From the NCBI GenBank assembly GCA_964494885.1, contig CAZBTH010000004.1, forward strand, positions 6,459-70,458: a stretch of 64,000 nt of DNA. Reading direction: 5' to 3'. The DNA is from an uncultured Gammaproteobacteria bacterium. GTDB taxonomy: Bacteria; Patescibacteriota; Microgenomatia; UBA8517. A program made the position numbers and the translations under genes. The notes below the pieces were generated by a model, which did no database searches, was not told the DNA's origin, and worked only from the letters and a program-made list of their open reading frames with translations. This document shows, one piece after another, positions 57,030 through 64,000 of this stretch (its first letter is position 1; every line of letters starts with the position of its first letter).

Positions 57030-59657
57030 TTATTTTAAGAAGATTTTTTGGTAAAAATCCTTGGTTAGAACCATATTATACTTGAAATTCTCCGGTTTGG
57101 TCAAGCCGAAACCCAAATTGATATTCCAAGGGTCATCTGTTACACCAGCTTGTTTCCTGATATAAATACCATAACTGGAGGGGTGTTTGTTCTCCGGAAT
57201 ATCAGACACCCAACTAAATTTTACGTCTAGGTTTTGTTGAGGCAAAACGGTGAGCCATAAACCAACCTCTTTTCTATTCTTAACTATTGTTATCTCGGGG
57301 CTAATTTGCTCTTCGTTATCTCCGACGCCCTTACTTATCACCACTTCACCTATATCTGTCGGTAAAACAACCCTCAAATAGACTCCATATCGTCCGGAGG
57401 GCCCTAGTGCGGGACTTGCGCTATTGTTATAATTTATGTTGAGTGTCCTTATAACGTTTTTTGCATTCAGGTTCATAGACAAATCAACTTTCCTTGAAAC
57501 AAAGTAATTAGCTTTATTAAAACCCAAATTTGCCTCCACAAGACCCACTGAATCTTGATAACAGCCCTCTCCGCAAGACAGATCCCCCATCGCCCCTCCC
57601 CATCCCAACATTAAAATAGGATCCTCTAATTTACTGCTCTGAAAGTATACCTGTATGTGTCTTTCGTCGAGATTTTTAACAAATGACTTCATTAATACTC
57701 CCTTATTTTTGGTCTCAGTTTTGCCTATCTCAAAAAGCAATTGTCTGGACAAAGCCGTCAAAAAACTGGCCTTTTTGTGAGTACCTGGAAAAAAGTTGTC
57801 TTGCACTTCACCCTGCGTTACCTCATACAGATTTTTATCCGAAATTCCCAAATTATAATCAGGCAGAAATATTGGACCAGTAAAACTGAGGATATCCTTG
57901 ACAACATTGAGGTCTAATGCCAACACACCATCCACCCGCTGATCCGTTTCTTTGTTCAAAAACCATTCAGCTCTCTGTGCCGATGTCGGAAAATCGGGAT
58001 CCCAATTAGAATCCCGCAACCACCAGTTTGCCTGTCCCAAATATTCTTTCAAGGGCAATGGTGGTTCAACATGCCCTTTAAGTTGTCCGTCAGCAGAATA
58101 GACATCATTAACATTTAGTTCACTAAGCCTACCACTGTCAACAGAAAGCACCCCATATGACCCAATGAACCCCCCCGTCGGCCTTAACTCCATGTTGTTT
58201 TGAAACAGAACAAGGTATTTTTTCTTTTGGCCTGTTCCTAATATATCCGGCAGGTTCTCAGCCAACACACCACCCTGAACAAGCATGTTTTTATATTTCT
58301 CAAAATTTACTTTTTCAAAAAGACGTTTCGGTAAAAAAAGTCCCAATTTGATACCTTCTTGTGTCTCCGACTGCATGAGGGACAAATCTCTGTACAAAAA
58401 GTCCACATTTGCCTTTATATTCTTCCCACTTTCGGCAGAATCGTATGGTTTGTCGCCCAAAATATTATCAAATAATGTTATTCCTTCATTTACAACATTG
58501 CTTGCGGACAAAACCATTTCAGATGCTGTTGCTCCGACAGTCGAAGCAAAAACAGATTCCTTGTAGATTCTTCCAATTACAGGAATATTTGCAAACACCA
58601 TACTTGTGTTTCTTCCGATTGCGAAAAGAGTTTTCGCCACCAAGACAGAATTGGTTCTCCCCTCCTTTTGACCAATAAAATGTTGCTTGTAAAACAGGTA
58701 AAACATCCCCCATCCGGCAATGTTTATCAACATAGGAAAGACTAATATTATTAGGGCAAGAAACGAACACCTTATTATTGCCCTTAATTTTTTGTTAACT
58801 TTTTTTGGCACCTTCAACTTTGGAATCGAACCGTGTTTAACAACAACCTCTTTTTTATCAGTAGACTTCTTATCTTTATAGGCAAACCATTTAAATGTTT
58901 CTGTCAAACAATAATTCAGGTCCGTTTCAACTCTCACTATCTCTAAACCCTTTGGGATTGCCCTTATTGGAATGTCGTTAACGTACTTTAGTTTTACTTC
59001 ATCCACAATGTCCTTGTTTGCCTTCCAGTAGTATGTTGCCGAGACTTGCGGGCCTAACAGAAAGACTTGTTTACCGTAAGGGCCAAACGAAAACATCCAT
59101 TTTGAAATAATTTTAGACGCATCCGAAACAAACACCGGGTAAAAAGTTTCACTCACCCCCAACGACAAACTTCTCTTGGTTAAAACTTCAAACATCAAAC
59201 TTGAAGTAATAAGGTCGCTATCTAAATCAATTCTCGGGCCAAGTAAATCTCCTACATAAATTATCGAAGTATTCTCGTTGGGTAGGGGTTTAACCTCTGT
59301 ATCAAGATAATAGCTTTCAAAAGGAAAAACCGCTATCACTCGAGAACCCGCGACATTCACCTTGTTATTAAAAAGGTAAAGGTCCTCGTAAGTGTTTTGA
59401 AGAGACAAAAACCCAGAACAAAAAATCGTGTAGTCAGCGCCGTTAATTGGAATCTTTTTGAAAGGAAAAATTGAAAAATTTCCTTTATTTAGATGTCTTG
59501 TAATTTCTTCCCACTTTTTAGTATCTTTAGTAATTATGTTTACAAAGCAGTTTTTAGAAAGCAACTGTTCAAGAATATTTACGGCAAGAAAGTTGGGTTC
59601 TGAAAACAACGTTACTGTCTGATTTTTTCTAAGGGAAGTAGTCGTTGTGTTTTGCAT
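57030..59657 (-). CDS. large membrane protein with ~600-aa extracytoplasmic domain (DUF4012-like?)
   Basis: 875 aa; N-terminal ~270 aa cytoplasmic, one TM, extracellular region containing RPTGGFIGSYG motif. Confidence 0.55.
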   Translation of the reverse strand: MQNTTTTSLRKNQTVTLFSEPNFLAVNILEQLLSKNCFVNIITKDTKKWEEITRHLNKGNFSIFPFKKIPINGADYTIFCSGFLSLQNTYEDLYLFNNKVNVAGSRVIAVFPFESYYLDTEVKPLPNENTSIIYVGDLLGPRIDLDSDLITSSLMFEVLTKRSLSLGVSETFYPVFVSDASKIISKWMFSFGPYGKQVFLLGPQVSATYYWKANKDIVDEVKLKYVNDIPIRAIPKGLEIVRVETDLNYCLTETFKWFAYKDKKSTDKKEVVVKHGSIPKLKVPKKVNKKLRAIIRCSFLALIILVFPMLINIAGWGMFYLFYKQHFIGQKEGRTNSVLVAKTLFAIGRNTSMVFANIPVIGRIYKESVFASTVGATASEMVLSASNVVNEGITLFDNILGDKPYDSAESGKNIKANVDFLYRDLSLMQSETQEGIKLGLFLPKRLFEKVNFEKYKNMLVQGGVLAENLPDILGTGQKKKYLVLFQNNMELRPTGGFIGSYGVLSVDSGRLSELNVNDVYSADGQLKGHVEPPLPLKEYLGQANWWLRDSNWDPDFPTSAQRAEWFLNKETDQRVDGVLALDLNVVKDILSFTGPIFLPDYNLGISDKNLYEVTQGEVQDNFFPGTHKKASFLTALSRQLLFEIGKTETKNKGVLMKSFVKNLDERHIQVYFQSSKLEDPILMLGWGGAMGDLSCGEGCYQDSVGLVEANLGFNKANYFVSRKVDLSMNLNAKNVIRTLNINYNNSASPALGPSGRYGVYLRVVLPTDIGEVVISKGVGDNEEQISPEITIVKNRKEVGLWLTVLPQQNLDVKFSWVSDIPENKHPSSYGIYIRKQAGVTDDPWNINLGFGLTKPENFKYNMVLTKDFYQKIFLK

Positions 59658-59807
59658 AAAGTTGCGAATTCATGTTGTCTACTGTATTACCGCATTTCTA
59701 AAAATTTATAAAATGGCAGAAAAATTATTTAAAATTTGTTTTTCCTGTGGTGGACCCGTAAGGTTTGCGGGAACGTGAAAGACCCCCCGAAATACACGCC
59801 GAACGGA

Positions 59808-60239
59808 TTAACCGGCCTTTTGTCCGTCAAGTTCTTTGTTAACCAACAAATCTGCTTCCTTGTTTTGGCTTCTTGGTATATTGAAAAGAGAAATCATTAA
59901 ATGATGGTTTTTGATAATATTCACTATTTCTAAATTAATTTTTTTAAGAGTTCCGTTTTTAACTTTGTATACACCTTTCAATTGCTTAACTATTAACTCG
60001 GAGTCCAAGTAAAATGAAACTGTATAAGTGTCTGGGTTAAAACCCTTCAACTCTAGCAACCATTCTAAAGCAAGCAATACTCCCCTATATTCGGCAACAT
60101 TATTTGTTGTGGTTCCTAAATACTGGGAACCTTTACTTAACGACTTCCCTCCACTCGTTGCAACAAAGGCACACGCCGCTGGTCCCGGGTTTCCCCTGGC
60201 CCCACCGTCTGTATGAATTGTGATTTCTGTTATCGTCAT
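59808..60239 (-). CDS. rnhA: ribonuclease HI
   Basis: TDGGARGNPGPAA...VAEYRGVLLALE catalytic DEDD residues. Confidence 0.9.
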   Translation of the reverse strand: MTITEITIHTDGGARGNPGPAACAFVATSGGKSLSKGSQYLGTTTNNVAEYRGVLLALEWLLELKGFNPDTYTVSFYLDSELIVKQLKGVYKVKNGTLKKINLEIVNIIKNHHLMISLFNIPRSQNKEADLLVNKELDGQKAG

Positions 60240-60250
60240 TAAATAGAATT

Positions 60251-61519
60251 TTACATTTTTAATCTCTTTAAAGAAAGTCCGACTAAAAATGATGTTAGGA
60301 GCAGATTTTGCTGAAGCGTTAACCAGTAATGATCAAACATTCCGGTAATTAAAATAAATAAGAAAATTAGGGCATATTTTGTCTTTAGTAATTTCATGAA
60401 TGAAAGAAAATATACAGTAACCCCAACAACTCCAATTTCTGAGAAAATTAAAAGTAAAGAATTATGAACCGGCTGAAGAATCCATGAGTATCTAGAGACA
60501 CCTTTGAATTTCGGAGTGTTAACGATGAATGTGTTTAATCCTGACCCTTGAAAAAACCGTGAGCTAATCATCTCTCCCGAAACAAATGCCAGGTCAATCC
60601 TTTCGGTATATCTTTTTCCGAGAAAATTAAACCATGTATAAAAATCGCGGGACATCAGTGGTAGTAATAAACTTAAAGTTAAGGAAAGTGTCCAAAAGAC
60701 TAGAACCATTTTTCTTTCTATTTTTTTTCGCGTAAAGATTTTTAAAAGTAGAACTACTGCAACTAAAGTGATTGTTGAGCTCAACGAAAATGTTAGCAAA
60801 AAACAAAACAAGCAAATAGCAATTGGCACCAATTTCTTTTTCCACATTACCTTTTCATAAATTGATAACAAGATAACCACCCCAAGAAAACCGGCTAATG
60901 AATTTGGATGAGAAAAAGTAGAATACGCCCTCATGAACTCCCTGCCGAAAATTTTAACTAATGCAATTCCCGGAGTTGCCAAACTAAACGATCGTTCTCC
61001 CAAAAAATAAAAAAGTCCCGTTGTTTTACCTAAAAAAAATTGGGTTATCCCAATTAAAGAAAATAGTGCGGCCGAAACTAACAGGCTATTATAAAAATTC
61101 CTCTCTTCAACAAAATGCTTACGGAAATAAAAATAGACTGCCAACAAAATCAGTTCAATTATCTTTATCCATTTCCAAAAGGATACCCAGACGCTTGTTG
61201 AAAAAAACAGGTTAACAAAAACAAACAAAAAGAATATAAGAATAGTTTGCCTGGAATTTTTAAAAAAGTTAAAAAGAGTTTTCTTATCATTTACAAACCA
61301 AAGAATTAATAAACAAAAAATCAAAAAATCAGTTAAGTAAATAGAAGGAGAAAGGTAATCGACCCTTATTCCATAAACAAAAGAATACGACGGCCAAAAA
61401 TGTAAAGCCAGTTGTGTAGGTATAAGAAAAACAAGCAAACACGCAATAACTTTCTCAGTCCTTTGAAAAACTTTCGTTAACATCAAGGAGATTATATGGC
61501 ACATTTTATGCATTGTCAT
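60251..61519 (-). CDS. O-antigen ligase/polymerase-like (Wzy_C) membrane protein
   Basis: ~11 TM, periplasmic loop RAYSTFSHPNSLAGFLGVVILL matching Wzy_C R..G.F.HPN motif. Confidence 0.7.
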   Translation of the reverse strand: MTMHKMCHIISLMLTKVFQRTEKVIACLLVFLIPTQLALHFWPSYSFVYGIRVDYLSPSIYLTDFLIFCLLILWFVNDKKTLFNFFKNSRQTILIFFLFVFVNLFFSTSVWVSFWKWIKIIELILLAVYFYFRKHFVEERNFYNSLLVSAALFSLIGITQFFLGKTTGLFYFLGERSFSLATPGIALVKIFGREFMRAYSTFSHPNSLAGFLGVVILLSIYEKVMWKKKLVPIAICLFCFLLTFSLSSTITLVAVVLLLKIFTRKKIERKMVLVFWTLSLTLSLLLPLMSRDFYTWFNFLGKRYTERIDLAFVSGEMISSRFFQGSGLNTFIVNTPKFKGVSRYSWILQPVHNSLLLIFSEIGVVGVTVYFLSFMKLLKTKYALIFLFILITGMFDHYWLTLQQNLLLTSFLVGLSLKRLKM

Positions 61520-61564
61520 TCCGGACTTGATCCGGAATCTATATCAATAATTTGTTTAAATAGA

Positions 61565-61582
61565 TTCCCGCTTTCGCGGGAA
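61565..61582 (-). terminator. hairpin (TTCCCGC-TTTC-GCGGGAA) downstream of jag, with second palindrome TTCCGGA-CTTGA-TCCGGAA at 61509-61527
   Basis: GC-rich inverted repeats in the 83-nt gap between co-directional minus-strand genes. Confidence 0.4.
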
Positions 61583-61602
61583 CGACGTTTTGAAGATATA
61601 AG

Positions 61603-62061
61603 TTACTTTGCCTTAACCACCAAATATCTTTCTTCCCCTTCCCCCATCGATTCACTCATAACATCAGATTTTTCGGCCAGGTGCATATGAACGATTCTTC
61701 TTTGCCAGGATTTAAGATTATAGAGACTTTGAGGTTCACCTGTTTCCTTTGCCCTCTGGGCGGTGGATTCAGCCAAGCTCCTCAAATAATCCTCTTCTTT
61801 CTCTCTGTAATCACCAACGTTTACAACTACGCGGTTCCACTCACCTGTGGCTTGTTTTAACATCATACCAAGAATCGTTTGAATACTATCCAAGGTCTCC
61901 CCTTTTTTACCAATCAGAAGCCCTGTCTCATCCCCAGCATCAATATTGACCACGTAGGCTTCGTTTTCTTTATCAAAAGAAACCTCTGCCGTTGCTTTTG
62001 TAGCCATAAGAGGCATTAGCTCGTTAACTATTTTTTCCAGAGATTCGGTTGCCTTTTTCAT
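61603..62061 (-). CDS. jag: Jag/KhpB RNA-binding protein (KH + R3H)
   Basis: C-terminal R3H (NLKSWQRRIVHMHLAE) and KH-like region; conserved position next to yidC. Confidence 0.85.
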   Translation of the reverse strand: MKKATESLEKIVNELMPLMATKATAEVSFDKENEAYVVNIDAGDETGLLIGKKGETLDSIQTILGMMLKQATGEWNRVVVNVGDYREKEEDYLRSLAESTAQRAKETGEPQSLYNLKSWQRRIVHMHLAEKSDVMSESMGEGEERYLVVKAK

Positions 62062-62083
62062 ACTAAAGAGGATTCTAGCAAAT

Positions 62084-62899
62084 TTAGGCCTGTTTGAGAA
62101 GATGCAGCTTTTTTACCCAGGGTGTGAGGCTTCCCCACCCGCTCATTCCCACCTGCTGCCAAACATTAACGAGAGAAAAAATCAACCAATAGAGGGCAAG
62201 ACCTGACGGAAACTTAAGACCAAAGAACAAAGTCATTAAAGGAAGTGTATACGTCATAGACTGGGTCATGGCTACTTGCATATCGTCTTTATCCGATTTG
62301 GTTTTTTTAGCCATTTTTTCTTCGGCCGAAAGGTAAGGGGCGGTTATTTTTACTGATAAAAACTGTGCAATGGTAGCCAACAACAAAAACGCGCCGGGAA
62401 GAGCAAACGGGATTCCGGGAACATTAAACGAATCGGGTTTGTTCATATTAAGATAGAGAAACTTTGTATTTAACGTTTCATTTTGAGAAAACTTCAAAGC
62501 AGGATAGAGAAGTTCGTTGAGTTTTGCTGTCGTTGCGGCATCTGTCGATAGTGTTTGTGTAAAAACATTGAATAGAGCAATTAGAATAATAAATTGCAGG
62601 ATATAAGGAAGGCATCCTGCACCGGGGTTTACCTTATTCTCTTTATAAAGGTTTGCTTGGGCTTGAGAAAGTTTAAGTTTGTCGCCTGCAAACTTCTTTT
62701 TAATTTTTGCCATCTGAGGTTCAAGAGCTTTTATTTTCTTCATTGATTCAAGATAGGGTTTAGTTAGAGGTCTAAGGAGAAAAATCAAACAAACACTGAA
62801 AACAAGAATTGCTACACCAAGATTTCCCCCAAGAATTTTATAGAACAAAATAAGCCCATTTGTTAAAGGCTGAACAAGTAGTAGTGTAAAAATATTCAT
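62084..62899 (-). CDS. yidC: membrane protein insertase YidC (short form)
   Basis: 271 aa, 5 TM, conserved TM1 and C-terminal amphipathic region. Confidence 0.9.
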   Translation of the reverse strand: MNIFTLLLVQPLTNGLILFYKILGGNLGVAILVFSVCLIFLLRPLTKPYLESMKKIKALEPQMAKIKKKFAGDKLKLSQAQANLYKENKVNPGAGCLPYILQFIILIALFNVFTQTLSTDAATTAKLNELLYPALKFSQNETLNTKFLYLNMNKPDSFNVPGIPFALPGAFLLLATIAQFLSVKITAPYLSAEEKMAKKTKSDKDDMQVAMTQSMTYTLPLMTLFFGLKFPSGLALYWLIFSLVNVWQQVGMSGWGSLTPWVKKLHLLKQA

Positions 62900-62939
62900 T
62901 ATATTTCAGATAGTCAGACAACTCGGAACACTGAGGGAT

Positions 62940-63221
62940 TCAGAGATCCAGAAAGTCTGATGTTCCGACTTTCCGAGTTTCCTGGGTATTCTGATTCTCT
63001 GACACAACCGGATCAAAACCAGATCCTCCCCAAGGGTGACATTTTAGTAATCTTTTAAACCCTAACGCTAATCCTCTCTTGGATCCGAACCTCTCCAAGG
63101 CTTCTATTGTATACTCTGAACAGGTCGGAGTAAACCTGCAGCCCTTACCCAACAACTGCTCAAGGGTTGGAGATATCGCTTTTTTATAAAATTTCAAGAT
63201 TGCAACTAAAAATGTCTTCAT
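62940..63221 (-). CDS. yidD: membrane protein insertion efficiency factor YidD
   Basis: RFTPTCSEY...[12 protein letters not shown] signature. Confidence 0.85.
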   Translation of the reverse strand: MKTFLVAILKFYKKAISPTLEQLLGKGCRFTPTCSEYTIEALERFGSKRGLALGFKRLLKCHPWGGSGFDPVVSENQNTQETRKVGTSDFLDL

Positions 63222-63562
63222 CTGGATATCCCCGCTTGCTTAAGAGAGCTTTTCACTTCTTTCATAAGATCAGAAGCCGGGGTTCTGGTAATTGACGATT
63301 TTGCCAAAAAAACCACGTCAAAACCGCTCTTTAAATCAATCGTTGAAGTTCTAACCGCCTCACTCATAGTACGTTTAAACCTGTTTCTGTCTACCGCGTC
63401 CTTAGATATTTTTGTTGAAACTATGAAAGCAAACCTGCTTGGCACCGCATCTTTCCTGTCTAAATAGGCAATTCCAAAACTCGCCGACTGGAAGATGAGT
63501 CCTTCATCCTGAACCTTTTTAAAGTTTTTTGATCCGGTAAGTCTAAATTTTTGAGAAAGCAT
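63218..63562 (-). CDS. rnpA: RNase P protein component
   Basis: 114 aa basic protein; position between rpmH and yidD; [25 protein letters not shown]-like motif. Confidence 0.85.
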   Translation of the reverse strand: MLSQKFRLTGSKNFKKVQDEGLIFQSASFGIAYLDRKDAVPSRFAFIVSTKISKDAVDRNRFKRTMSEAVRTSTIDLKSGFDVVFLAKSSITRTPASDLMKEVKSSLKQAGISR

Positions 63563-63580
63563 ATTGGAAAAACTGAAGGA

Positions 63581-63721
63581 CTAGACAGTTAGGCGTTTCC
63601 TACCCTTCTCGCGCCTTGCTTTCAAAACCCTTCTTCCGTTTTTAGTTTTCATCCTCTCTCTGAAACCATGAACTCTGACTCTTTTGGTTTTACTGGGCTG
63701 GTATGTACGTTTGGTAGACAT
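63581..63721 (-). CDS. rpmH: 50S ribosomal protein L34
   Basis: [33 protein letters not shown]...; start trimmed from ORF track. Confidence 0.9.
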   Translation of the reverse strand: MSTKRTYQPSKTKRVRVHGFRERMKTKNGRRVLKARREKGRKRLTV

Positions 63722-63772
63722 ATAAACATTATAACAGTTATAAAAATAATAACAATTATAACTTTTTGGGGC

Positions 63773-63801
63773 TTGACGAATTGTGGATAACTTTGTAAAT
63801 A
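63773..63801 (+). promoter_or_regulatory. dnaA promoter (TTGACG-17-TAAATA) with embedded DnaA box TGTGGATAA (63782-63790)
   Basis: consensus-like -35/-10 with 17-nt spacer; 9-mer is reverse complement of TTATCCACA. Confidence 0.65.
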
Positions 63802-63899
63802 GTACATGTAACAAACAACATAGAACAAAGTTTGAAATCTTCCAGAGCTGCCTCAGTTTGTCCTATGCACTATGCCCTATGTTCTCTGTTCTTAATTAT

Positions 63900-64000
63900 A
63901 TGGATTCAGATTTAAAATCAACATGGAAAGAAGTTTTAGACATTATAAAAGTGTCTGTGTCTCCGGCCACATTTTCTACCTGGTTTACCCAAACTCATCT
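63900..64000 (+). CDS. dnaA: chromosomal replication initiator DnaA (5' partial, continues beyond window)
   Basis: MDSDLKSTWKEVLDIIKVSVSPATFSTWF matches DnaA N-terminal domain; rpmH-rnpA-yidD-yidC-jag synteny. Confidence 0.75.
   Translation, partial: MDSDLKSTWKEVLDIIKVSVSPATFSTWFTQTH

Noticed and set aside
63722-63814. N-terminal extension of rpmH ORF ([14 protein letters not shown]...)
   Set aside because: L34 is about 45 aa and begins MSTKRTYQP. The extension runs into the dnaA promoter/oriC AT-rich region.

Overview
This is a gene-dense, low-GC bacterial chromosome segment of about 64 kb, with roughly 65 protein genes and one tRNA (tRNA-Cys). The gene content resembles Candidate Phyla Radiation / Microgenomates-like genomes. 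That impression rests on many GT-C membrane glycosyltransferases, an intein inside a core helicase, fused enzymes and 4-nt gene overlaps.

The right end is the replication-origin neighbourhood. rpmH, rnpA, yidD, yidC and jag lie on the minus strand, and a diverging dnaA start has a DnaA box inside its promoter.

Housekeeping landmarks:
- murJ, rpsT, metG, valS, rplY(ctc), rnhA and glyA, the last next to a threonine-aldolase-like PLP enzyme.
- groES-groEL with a textbook sigma70 promoter and a CIRCE operator.
- A t6A cluster: a tsaC-tsaE fusion, a LigT-like 2H phosphoesterase and tsaD.
- rmuC, an alkA-like glycosylase, a DedA protein, VanW and an M23 peptidase.

Accessory and envelope content:
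- pilN/pilO-like genes are followed by three surface proteins with LPxTG-like C-terminal anchors.
- An operon of LCP, a membrane protein and a double GT-C (GT39) fusion.
- Two FemAB-family genes flank an unknown enzyme.
- A glycan locus encodes a GT2 (QxxRW), a UDP-xylose-synthase-like enzyme, a GT-C, WecA/MraY, a UbiA (DPPR-synthase-like) enzyme and a PEGA protein.
- An O-antigen-ligase-like protein.

Most notable observations:
1. A 367-aa intein splits motif III of a UvrD/PcrA helicase.
2. A second UvrD-family helicase is fused to a Cas4/AddB-like Fe-S PD-(D/E)xK nuclease. It carries recurrent in-frame TAGCTAGTAG palindromic insertions.
3. A 27/28-bp perfect AT-rich palindrome (CACTTAAATACTGTACAGTATTTAAGTG) recurs three times at gene ends, REP-like, around a block of unknown or stress-type genes.
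4. A TsaC-TsaE fusion with no tsaB in view.
5. An Ala/Gly/Val-rich repetitive protein in a local GC spike.

No CRISPR array, rRNA or obvious transposase was seen. Coordinates I derived by hand may be off by 1-2 nt.
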